Assembly: GCA_019459185.1 (NCBI GenBank) | Contig: JAIBEO010000017.1 | Location: 5,761-69,760 of the forward strand | DNA length: 64,000 nucleotides | Origin: Rhizobium sp. | Lineage (GTDB): Bacteria > Pseudomonadota > Gammaproteobacteria > Xanthomonadales > Xanthomonadaceae | Reading direction: 5' to 3' | Shown: positions 11,461-20,187 of the stretch, one piece after another | Layout of the letters: every line of letters begins with the position of its first letter | Numbering within the stretch: the first letter of the stretch is position 1 | Notes under the pieces: generated by a model | Databases searched by the model: none | Told to the model about the DNA's origin: nothing | The model's input: only the letters and a program-made list of their open reading frames with translations | Made by a program: the position numbers and the translations under genes

Positions 11461-14400
11461 ATGAGCGGGGACTGGAAACAACGCGCCAGCGAGGGGATCA
11501 CGGTGTTCCGGGCCAGCCGCCTGGAGGCGCTGCTGGAGCCGCTGGACCACCTGCTGGCGCTGCAGCCGCCGGCCTCGCCGCTGCTGCCGCAAACCGTGGT
11601 CGCGGCCCACCCGGGCATGCGCCAGTGGCTGGCCGGCGCGCTGGCGCGCAAGCGCGGCCCCGGCGGCATTGTCGCCAACCTCGACATCGTGCTGCCGTCC
11701 ACCTTCCTCGACACGCTCGCGCGCGAGGTCCTGGGCGAAGGCGCGGTATCGCCGCGCGGCTGGCGTCGCGAAGCCCTGCGCTGGCACCTGCACGCCCTGC
11801 TCGAACGCCCCGCCGACGCCACCCTGCGCGCCGCGCTCGAGGGCCCCGACGCCGCCCTGCGCCGCTTCCAGCTGGCCGACCGCCTGGCGCGCATCTACAC
11901 CCAGTACATGGCCTACCGCCCAGCCTGGCTGCGCGACTGGGCCGCGGGCAAACCCACCTTTGCCGCGGCGGGCTTCCACCCCGGCCTGTGGAAATCGCTG
12001 CGCGCCCGCCTCGGCGCCGATCTGCACCGCGGCGAACGCCTGGCCGCGCTCACCGACGCCCTGCGCGCCGGCCGCCCGGCGCCTCAGGCCGACGAGCCGC
12101 TGCACGTGTTCGGCATCAGCCACCTGGCGCCGGCGGAACTGGCCGTGCTGCAGGCGCTGGCCGTGCAGCGCCCGGTGGTGCTGTACGTGCCCGACCCCTG
12201 CCGCGAATTCTGGGCCGGCCTGCGCACCGACGCCGCGCGCCTGCGCGACCTGGCCAAGGCGCCGTATTCCGAAGAAAACGAAGCCTTCTTCCTCGACCAG
12301 GGCCACCCGCTGCTGGCGGCCTGGGGCCGGCTGGGCCAGCACTTCATGCTGCAGCTGCAGGAGCTGGAGGCGAAGCTCGACCTGCGCCACTACCGCGACG
12401 AAGCCGGCGCCGACGCGCCGCCCCTGCGCCTGCTCGAGCGCGTGCAGGAAAGCCTGCGCCGGCTCGATCCCGCGCTGGCCGGCGCGGACGAGCGCGGGCA
12501 CGGCGAGTGCCTCGCCGACGCCTCGCTGCGCGTGCACGGCTGCCACACCCGCCTGCGCGAACTCGAGGTGCTGCACGACGCGCTGCTGCGCGCCCGCGCC
12601 GACGACCCCACGCTCGAACCCGCCGACATCGTGGTGATGGCGCCCGACATCGGCGCCTACCTGCCGCTGCTGCCGGCCGTGTTCGGCCCCGCGGGCGAGG
12701 CCGGCGGTCCTTTGCCCTACCACCTGGCCGACGTGCCGGTGGCGCGCGCGTCTTCGCTGCTCACGGCCTTCCGCCGCCTGCTGGCGCTGCCGGCCTCGCG
12801 TTTCACCGCGCCGGAGCTGCTCGATTTCCTGGGCCAGCCCGACGTGGCGCGCAGGGTCGGCCTCGACGAAGACGCGCTCGACGCCCTCGGCCGCTGGCTC
12901 GGCGACGCGCGCGCCGCCTGGGGCCTGGACCCCGGCTTCCGCGCCGCGCTGGGCGTGCCCGCGCGTGAGGAACACACCCTGGCCTGGGCCATGGACCGCC
13001 TGCTCACCAGCTTCGTGCACGGCGACGAAAGTTTCGAACCGGTGCACCACCTGCCCGACGGCAGCGCGGTGGCGCCCGTGCCCGGCGTGGCCGGCGGCCC
13101 GGCGCTGGCGCTGGGCGCGCTCGACCACCTGCTGCAGCAGCTCGCCGGCCTGCGCGCCGACGCCGCGGCGCAGCTGCCGGCCAGCGAATGGGCGCGCCGC
13201 CTGGAAGAGCGGCTCGACGCGTTGTTCCAGCCCGACCCGGCCGACGCCGCCGCGCGCGACGCCATGGACCTGCTGCGCGCCACCCTGCGCGCGCTGGGCA
13301 CCGAACCGCGCGACGCCGGCGTGGACCCGCCGCTGGCCTTCGCCGTGGTGCGCCGCTGGCTCGAGGAAAAACTCGACGCCGTGCCCGCGCGCCAGCGTTT
13401 CCTGGCCGGCGGCGTCACCGTCTGCGGCATGGTGCCGCAGCGCGCCATTCCCTTCCGCGTGGTGGCGGTGCTGGGCCTGAACGAAGGCGACTACCCGCGC
13501 AACGACGTGGACGCCGGCCTCGACCCCATCCGCCAGGCCGGCCTGCGCCAGCTCGGCGACCGCGACACCCGCAGCGACGACCGCTACCTGTTCCTGGAAA
13601 CCGTGATGTCGGCGCGCGAGCGCCTGCACCTGAGCTACGTGGCCCGCGACGTGCGCGACGACAGCGAACGCAACCCGGCCTCGCCGCTGGCGGAGCTGAT
13701 GGCCGTGCTGCCGCCGGCCGATGGCGGCGCCGCCGCACCCGCCTGGCGCGTCGACCACCCGCTGCAGCCCTTCGACGCGCGCTATTTCGACGGCGCCGAC
13801 CCGCGCCTGTTCACCTTCGACGCCGGCCAGGCCGGCCACGTGGGCGGCGACGCCGACGCCCCGCGCCTGCTGCCCGCCGCCGCGCCGCCGGCGCAGGACG
13901 CGCCCTGCGACGTGTCGCTCGACACGCTGCGGCGCTATTTCCGCGACCCGGCGCGGCAGCTGCTGGCTGGGCGTCTGCGCGCGCGGCTCGATGCGCTCGA
14001 CGAGCTGGCGCTGGCCGAGGATGAACCGCTGGAACCGCGCCTCGATGCCTTCGACCGCGCCGCGCGTGGCCTGTGCCTGGCGGCACTGGCCGACCCGGGC
14101 TTCGACCTCGATGAAATGCCGCCCGAACACCTGGTGCTCGGCGGCGTGCTGCCGGCGGGCGCCCTGGGTGCGCGCGCCTGGCGCGAGGAGGCCGACCTCG
14201 CCCGCGCGCTGGTGGCCGTCGCGCAACAACGTGCCGATGCCGCCGCGCTGTTCCAGCCCACGCTGGCGCCGCTGGCCGACGCGCCCGCGCTGCGCCGCAC
14301 GCTCGGCCGCTTCACGCTCACCGGCGAAGCCGGCAGCGTGCGCGAACGCAGAGACACGCTGTGGGTGTTCGAAGCCTTCCCGCACCGCAAGGCCGAAAGC

Positions 14401-14868
14401 GACCTGGGCTTCGGCGACGTGGTGCCGCTCTACCTGACCTGGGCACTGCTGCGCCTCGCGCCCGAAAACGCCAACCGCCGCGTGCGCCTGTGCGCGCTGC
14501 TGCCCAAGGGCGGCACGCCCTGGCAGGACGCGGTGAACGCCTGGGACGACAGCTTCGCCGCCGCCGGCCACGACCTGCGCGAAACGCTGGCCGCCGGCCT
14601 CGCCACCGGCGTGCTCGCGCTGCTCGAGGAAGCCACGCGCCCGCCCACGCACCCGGCCTGGTATTTCCCGGCCACCGCGCGCGCATCGCTGGCCGGCAAG
14701 GGCGTCGAAGACGCCTGGGAGCGCGAGCGCAGTTACGCGCCGGGTTACGCGCGCCTGCTCGGCCGCGGCCTCGTGCCCGAGCCGGGCAGCGAAGACGCCG
14801 CCCTGCTGCTGCGTGAAGCCACGCGCCTGGCCGAACTCGTGCAGTGGCCGCACCGGGAGGACGAATGA
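11461..14868 (+). CDS. recC: Exodeoxyribonuclease V gamma subunit
   Basis: FRASRLEAL start, HVFGISHL, PCREFW, DIVVMAPDI, MVPQRAIPFRVVAVLGLNEGDYPR, DDRYLFLE; followed by recB and recD. Confidence 0.93.
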   Translation: MSGDWKQRASEGITVFRASRLEALLEPLDHLLALQPPASPLLPQTVVAAHPGMRQWLAGALARKRGPGGIVANLDIVLPSTFLDTLAREVLGEGAVSPRGWRREALRWHLHALLERPADATLRAALEGPDAALRRFQLADRLARIYTQYMAYRPAWLRDWAAGKPTFAAAGFHPGLWKSLRARLGADLHRGERLAALTDALRAGRPAPQADEPLHVFGISHLAPAELAVLQALAVQRPVVLYVPDPCREFWAGLRTDAARLRDLAKAPYSEENEAFFLDQGHPLLAAWGRLGQHFMLQLQELEAKLDLRHYRDEAGADAPPLRLLERVQESLRRLDPALAGADERGHGECLADASLRVHGCHTRLRELEVLHDALLRARADDPTLEPADIVVMAPDIGAYLPLLPAVFGPAGEAGGPLPYHLADVPVARASSLLTAFRRLLALPASRFTAPELLDFLGQPDVARRVGLDEDALDALGRWLGDARAAWGLDPGFRAALGVPAREEHTLAWAMDRLLTSFVHGDESFEPVHHLPDGSAVAPVPGVAGGPALALGALDHLLQQLAGLRADAAAQLPASEWARRLEERLDALFQPDPADAAARDAMDLLRATLRALGTEPRDAGVDPPLAFAVVRRWLEEKLDAVPARQRFLAGGVTVCGMVPQRAIPFRVVAVLGLNEGDYPRNDVDAGLDPIRQAGLRQLGDRDTRSDDRYLFLETVMSARERLHLSYVARDVRDDSERNPASPLAELMAVLPPADGGAAAPAWRVDHPLQPFDARYFDGADPRLFTFDAGQAGHVGGDADAPRLLPAAAPPAQDAPCDVSLDTLRRYFRDPARQLLAGRLRARLDALDELALAEDEPLEPRLDAFDRAARGLCLAALADPGFDLDEMPPEHLVLGGVLPAGALGARAWREEADLARALVAVAQQRADAAALFQPTLAPLADAPALRRTLGRFTLTGEAGSVRERRDTLWVFEAFPHRKAESDLGFGDVVPLYLTWALLRLAPENANRRVRLCALLPKGGTPWQDAVNAWDDSFAAAGHDLRETLAAGLATGVLALLEEATRPPTHPAWYFPATARASLAGKGVEDAWERERSYAPGYARLLGRGLVPEPGSEDAALLLREATRLAELVQWPHREDE

Positions 14869-17800
14869 GCGCGCCCGTGCACGTCGCCCACTGGAGCGAA
14901 CTGCCGCTGGGGCCCGGCGGCCGCGCGCTGGTGGAAGCCAGCGCCGGCACCGGCAAGACCTGGACCATCGGCGTGCTCTACCTGCGCGTGCTGCTGGAAT
15001 CGCAGCCCGCGCTGGGCGTCGGCCACGTGGTGGTCACCACCTTCACCGAGGCCGCCGCGCAGGAGCTGCGCGAACGCCTGCGCACCCGGCTGCAGCGCGC
15101 GCTGGAGCTGGTGGCCGCGCCGATGCCGGCGGGCGAACTGCCCGACGACGAAGCCTGGCTGTATTCGCGCTGGGCCGACGAAACCACGCGCAAGGAAGAC
15201 CAGCGCCGCCTGCGCCTGGCCCTGGCCGATTTCGACCGCGCGCCCGTGGGCACGCTGCACCGGCTCTGCCGCCGCATCCTGGCCGAACATCCGCTGGAAG
15301 GCGGAAGCGGTTTCGACCCGGGCGAGCCCACCGCCGGCGATGCGCTGGTGGAAGAACTCGCGCGCGACGCCTGGCGCGTGCTGCACCAGGGCGACGACCT
15401 GCACCTGCTGCACGACGCCGGCCTGGCCGACCTCAAGCTCTCCACCTTCACCGCCACGCTGGGCAAGCTGCTGCGGCCGGGCGTGCGGGTCGAGGCGGAA
15501 GGCGAGGATATCGACGACCTGCGCCGGGAACTGCCCGCCGGCACCGTCGCCGAATTGCGCGCAGTGGTTGCCGACGCGGGCTGGTTCAAGCGTTCCAACG
15601 CCGCGCTGCGCAGTGCGCTCACCGCGCTGGCCGACTTGCTGGCGGGCGAGGGCGGCTGGCCCAAGCCCGAGCACCTCGATCGCATCGCGGCCTGGGACAC
15701 CGAAGGCCAGCTCGCGCCGGCGCGCGCCGCGGCGTTCGAGGCCTTGCCGGTGGCGGCGGCCCTGCGCGGCGTGGTCGCACGCCTGCCAGCCGCACGTAAC
15801 CTGCCACGCCTGCGCTTCTGGCGCGAGCAGATGGCCCAGGCCGCGCGCTGGCGCGACGAGCGCCTGGCCGCGCGCGGGCAAACCACCTTCGACGAAATGG
15901 TGCGGCGTGCGCACGAGGCCGTCAGCACGCGCCCGGCGCTGGCCGACGCGCTGTTCGCCGACTGGCCGGTGGCGCTGGTGGACGAATTCCAGGACACCGA
16001 TGCGCAGCAGTACGGCATCCTCGACCGCCTCTACCGCGGCGCCGACGGCGAGCGGCGCGGCCGCCTGGTGATGATCGGCGACCCCAAGCAGGCCATCTAC
16101 GCCTTCCGTGGCGGCGACATCCACGCCTACCGGCGCGCCCGCCGCGACGCCAGCCACGCGCTGGCGCTGGACACCAACCACCGCTCCTCGCGCGCCTTCG
16201 TGGCCGCGCTCAACGAGTTCCACGAAGGCGGCGGCGACACGCTCAGCCGCGGCCCGGGCACCGACATCCGCTACACGCCGGTGAAGGCCAGCGACCGCCA
16301 GGACAAAACGCCCTACACCATTGATGGCGTGCCGGTGATGCGCCCGCTGGTGCTGCACCACGAATTGAACGACCCCGGCAGCCAGGACGCCCGCCGCCGC
16401 GCCGCGCTGCTCGCCTGCGCGCGCCAGGTGGCCTCGCTGCTGGCCTCGGGCCGGCACGCCATCGGCGGCGAAGCCGTGGTGCCGGGCGACATCGCCGTGC
16501 TGCTGCCCACCAACCGCGACATCACCGTGCTGCGCCGGCTGCTGCACGCGCGCGGCGTACCCTGCGTGGGCGGCGCGCGCGACAGCGTGTTCGCCGGTGA
16601 CTGGGCCTTCGAACTACAGGTGGTGCTGCAGGCGCTGCTGGCCAGCGACGACGAAAGCGCGCTGCGCGCCGCCATGCTCACGCGCCTGTGGGGCGGCGAC
16701 CTGGCTACCGTGGCCGCGCTCGACGAGTCGCCCGCCGCCTGGGACGCCGCCACCGAACGCCGCCGCGACCTGCGCGCGCTCTGGTCGCGCTGCGGCGTGC
16801 TGGCCACCGTGCAGTGCCTGGCCACCGACGCCGCCGGCCGCCTGCTGGCCACGCCCGCGGGCGAGCGCGACCTTACCGACCTGCGCCACCTGGGCGAACT
16901 GCTGCAGCAGCAGGCCGAACGCCTGGCCGGCCCGCGCGAGCTGCTGGCCTGGTTCGCCGACCAGCGCAACGGCGAAGACGAGGGCGACGCCAGCGACGAG
17001 CGCCAGCTGCGCATCGAATCCGACGCCCGCCGCGTGCAGCTGATGACGCTCCACCGCAGCAAGGGCCTGGAATTCCCGCTGGTGTTCCTGCCGCTGATGT
17101 GGGCGCAGCAGACCCAGCAACTCCATTCGCCCTACCTCGTGCCGAAGGGCGACGCGCCCGGCCGCGTGGCGGCCTACGGCGTCGACGCGCGCACGCGCCT
17201 GGCCTGGGACACGCAGGACGAACGCTTCCGCACGCTTTACGTGGCGCTCACCCGGGCCCGCCACGCCTGCCACGTCTACACGCTGCCGCCGGAGCGGCTG
17301 CCGACCGCCAAGAGCCGCGCGCCGCTGGCTGACCCCGAACGCGCGCCGCTCGACGCCATGATGGAAACCCTGCTCTCCGGCGACGCCGCCGCCTTCGCGC
17401 ACCTCGACTGGCGCGAAGGCTGGCCGTCGGAGGAAGCCCAGCTGCCGCCCTTGCAGGCCAGCGCGGGCGAACGCCAGGCGCGCCCGCTGCCGCCGCCGGC
17501 CCCGCTGCGCCAGCGCCTTAGCTTCTCGGCCCTGGTCGGCGGCGCACGCGCCGCGGTGGAGGAAGCCCCGGCCGACGACGAAGCCGCGCCGCCGCCGCCC
17601 GAGCCCGCCGCCTCCGCCGAAGCGCCGCACCCCGAACTGCTGGCGCTCGCCGGTGCCCGAGGCACTGCTTTCGGCAACGCCCTGCACACGGCCTTCGAAC
17701 TGCGTGATCCGCGCCGTCCGATGGCGGAACAGGCGGCACTGGTGCTGGCCCAGCTGGAAGAAAACGGCGTGCGCTCCGAACTGCCGCTGCCCGCGCTGGC

Positions 17801-18368
17801 GACGGTGCTGGCGCGCCGGCTCGATGGCGCGCTGGCCGCCGAACTCTGGCCCGGGCTGGCGCTGGGCGCGGTGCCGCCCGAGGCACAGCGCGCCGAGATG
17901 GCCTTCCACTTCGCGCTCGACCAGGCCCGCGCCAGCGGCCTGCGCGCCGCCTGCGCGGCCCACGGCGAAGCCGGCCTGGTGCCGCCGCTGGCCTTCGACC
18001 GCCTGCGCGGCCTGATGACCGGCAAGATCGACCTGGTGTTCGAACACGCCGGCCGCTTCCACGTGCTCGACTACAAGGGCAACTGGCTGGGCGAACGCCT
18101 GGCCGACTACGCCGGCGACGCCCTGCGCGCCGCCATGGACCACAGCCACTACCGCCTGCAGGCGCTGCTCTACACCGTGGCCGTGCACCGGCTGCTGCGC
18201 CAGCGCGTGCCCGCTTACGCGCCGGAAAAACACCTGGGCGGCTACGCCTACCTGTTCGTGCGCGCCGCCGGCCTGGCGCCGGGCGCGGGCGTGTTCGCCG
18301 AACGTTTCCCGGACGCGCTGGTGCAGGCCGTCGACGCCGTGTTCGCCGCACGGGAGGAAGCCGCATGA
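14865..18368 (+). CDS. recB: Exodeoxyribonuclease V beta subunit
   Basis: EASAGTGKT, VDEFQDT, IGDPKQAIYAFRG, MTLHRSKGLEF, YVALTRA, nuclease domain GKIDLVF...VLDYKG. Confidence 0.95.
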   Translation: MSAPVHVAHWSELPLGPGGRALVEASAGTGKTWTIGVLYLRVLLESQPALGVGHVVVTTFTEAAAQELRERLRTRLQRALELVAAPMPAGELPDDEAWLYSRWADETTRKEDQRRLRLALADFDRAPVGTLHRLCRRILAEHPLEGGSGFDPGEPTAGDALVEELARDAWRVLHQGDDLHLLHDAGLADLKLSTFTATLGKLLRPGVRVEAEGEDIDDLRRELPAGTVAELRAVVADAGWFKRSNAALRSALTALADLLAGEGGWPKPEHLDRIAAWDTEGQLAPARAAAFEALPVAAALRGVVARLPAARNLPRLRFWREQMAQAARWRDERLAARGQTTFDEMVRRAHEAVSTRPALADALFADWPVALVDEFQDTDAQQYGILDRLYRGADGERRGRLVMIGDPKQAIYAFRGGDIHAYRRARRDASHALALDTNHRSSRAFVAALNEFHEGGGDTLSRGPGTDIRYTPVKASDRQDKTPYTIDGVPVMRPLVLHHELNDPGSQDARRRAALLACARQVASLLASGRHAIGGEAVVPGDIAVLLPTNRDITVLRRLLHARGVPCVGGARDSVFAGDWAFELQVVLQALLASDDESALRAAMLTRLWGGDLATVAALDESPAAWDAATERRRDLRALWSRCGVLATVQCLATDAAGRLLATPAGERDLTDLRHLGELLQQQAERLAGPRELLAWFADQRNGEDEGDASDERQLRIESDARRVQLMTLHRSKGLEFPLVFLPLMWAQQTQQLHSPYLVPKGDAPGRVAAYGVDARTRLAWDTQDERFRTLYVALTRARHACHVYTLPPERLPTAKSRAPLADPERAPLDAMMETLLSGDAAAFAHLDWREGWPSEEAQLPPLQASAGERQARPLPPPAPLRQRLSFSALVGGARAAVEEAPADDEAAPPPPEPAASAEAPHPELLALAGARGTAFGNALHTAFELRDPRRPMAEQAALVLAQLEENGVRSELPLPALATVLARRLDGALAAELWPGLALGAVPPEAQRAEMAFHFALDQARASGLRAACAAHGEAGLVPPLAFDRLRGLMTGKIDLVFEHAGRFHVLDYKGNWLGERLADYAGDALRAAMDHSHYRLQALLYTVAVHRLLRQRVPAYAPEKHLGGYAYLFVRAAGLAPGAGVFAERFPDALVQAVDAVFAAREEAA

Positions 18369-20104
18369 GCCACCTGCGCTACGACGGCCGCCCGCCGAAG
18401 CCGGCCACCGACATCGCGGCCCGCCCCGAAGAGCGCGCCCTGGCCCGCGCGCTGTCGCGCTGGGTGCTGGCGCACGGCGGTTCGGCGCACCTGGCCGAAT
18501 TGGCCGCGCGCACCACGCTGGCCGAACTCGGCGGCGATACCGCGCTGGCGCCACTGGACGCAGACGCGCGCGCCGCGCTGGCCGCCGAACCGATGGTCGG
18601 CGACGGCCGCGCGCGCACGCCCTTCGTGCTCGACGGCGACGGCCGCTTCTATTTCTGGCGCAACTTCGAACACGAGCGTGAAGTGGCCGCGTTGGTGGCC
18701 GCACGCCTGGCCGCCGAAGCGCCCCTGCCAATGGCGGCCGGCGAACTCGAAGCCCTGTTCCCCGGCGGCGACCCGGCCCGCGACGGCGCCCAGCGCGCTG
18801 CGGTGGCGGCGGTGGGTGGGCGGCGCCTGTTCGTGCTCACCGGCGGCCCCGGCACCGGCAAGACCACCACCGTGCTGCGCATGCTGCTGCGGCTGCAGCG
18901 CGACGGCATCGCGGCGCGCGACGGCATCGCCGTGGCCGCGCCCACCGGCAAGGCGGCGCAGCGACTGGTGCAGTCGCTGCGGCAGGAATCGGCGCGCCTG
19001 CGCGATGCGCTGCCAGCCGATTGGGCCACGCACCTCGACGCGCTGCCCGCCGGCGACGCGCTCACCGTGCACCGCCTGCTGGCCTGGTCGCCGCGGCGCA
19101 ACGCCTACCTGCGCGGCCCCGGTTCGCCCATCGAAGCCGGCATCGTGGTGGTGGACGAAGCCTCCATGCTCGACCTGCACCAGCTGCGCGCCCTGCTGCG
19201 CGCGCTGCGCCCCGAGGCCACGCTGGTGCTGGTGGGCGACGCCGACCAGCTCGACTCGGTCGGCGCCGGCTCGGTGCTGATGGACCTGGTGTCGGTGCTC
19301 GAAGCCGCCGCTTCGCCCGCGCTGGCGCGCCTGCGCCACAGCTTCCGCGCCGACTCCGGCCTGGTGCGCGTGAACGAAGCCGTGCGTGCCGGCGACGCCA
19401 CCGCGCTGGAAGCCGCGCTCACCGCCGCCGGCGACGCTGCGCGCCTGCACCCCGTGGAAGACGCCGCCGCGCTCTCGCGCCGCCTGCGCGCCTGGGCCGA
19501 CGGCCTGGCCGGCGACGGCCCGCCGCCGCCGCTGCCGGCCGAACCTGCCGACGCCGCGGCCGCCGCGCTGCGCGCGCTGTCGGCGCGCCAGCTGCTGTGC
19601 GCGCTGCGCGACGGGCCCTTCGGCGCCGAAGCCGCCAATGCCGCCATCGAACGCCGCCTGCGCCAGCGCTGGGACGTGCCCGCCAGCCAGGACTGGTACC
19701 CCGGCCGCGTGGTGATGGTGGCCCGCAACGACTACGGCGCGCGCCTGTTCAACGGCGACCTGGGCCTGTGCCTGCGCGGCGCCGACGGCGAGCTGCAGGT
19801 CTGGTTCGAATCGCCCGAAGGCGGCGCGCGCGCCTTCGCCGCGGCCGCGCTGCCCGAGCACGCGGCGGCCTTCGCGCTCACCATCCACAAGAGCCAGGGC
19901 AGCGAATACGCGCACGCCGCCGTGCTGCTGCCGCCCGACCCCGAGCACCGCATCCTGTCGCGGCAGTTGCTCTACACGGGCCTTTCACGCGCCAAGCAGG
20001 GCATCGAAGTCTGGGGCCCACGCGCCAGCCTGGAAGCGGCGCTGGCGCGCGCGGTGCGGCGTTCGGGCGGCCTGGTGGCTCGCCTCGGCGAAGCCGCGCC
20101 CTAG
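18365..20104 (+). CDS. recD: Exodeoxyribonuclease V alpha subunit
   Basis: GGPGTGKTT, AAPTGKAA, TVHRLL, VDEASM, GDADQL, ALTIHKSQGSE, LLYTGLSRAK. Confidence 0.95.
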   Translation: MSHLRYDGRPPKPATDIAARPEERALARALSRWVLAHGGSAHLAELAARTTLAELGGDTALAPLDADARAALAAEPMVGDGRARTPFVLDGDGRFYFWRNFEHEREVAALVAARLAAEAPLPMAAGELEALFPGGDPARDGAQRAAVAAVGGRRLFVLTGGPGTGKTTTVLRMLLRLQRDGIAARDGIAVAAPTGKAAQRLVQSLRQESARLRDALPADWATHLDALPAGDALTVHRLLAWSPRRNAYLRGPGSPIEAGIVVVDEASMLDLHQLRALLRALRPEATLVLVGDADQLDSVGAGSVLMDLVSVLEAAASPALARLRHSFRADSGLVRVNEAVRAGDATALEAALTAAGDAARLHPVEDAAALSRRLRAWADGLAGDGPPPPLPAEPADAAAAALRALSARQLLCALRDGPFGAEAANAAIERRLRQRWDVPASQDWYPGRVVMVARNDYGARLFNGDLGLCLRGADGELQVWFESPEGGARAFAAAALPEHAAAFALTIHKSQGSEYAHAAVLLPPDPEHRILSRQLLYTGLSRAKQGIEVWGPRASLEAALARAVRRSGGLVARLGEAAP

Positions 20105-20114
20105 CGCCCCGCCC

Positions 20115-20179
20115 AAAAGAAAAACCCCGGCCGTAGCCGGGGTTATTCGTTGCAGGCGGGCCCGGGGGCCCGCCCCTGC
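20115..20179. terminator. Intrinsic terminator region between convergent recD and TonB receptor genes
   Basis: Stem AACCCCGGC-cgta-GCCGGGGTT (20123-20144) with an A-tract on the left (U-tract on the minus strand); second GC hairpin 20155-20174. Confidence 0.75.
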
Positions 20180-20187
20180 CACTCGCC

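Noticed and set aside
11461-20104. recCBD as a novel helicase-nuclease or defence system
   Set aside because: Sizes, order and motifs match ordinary RecBCD
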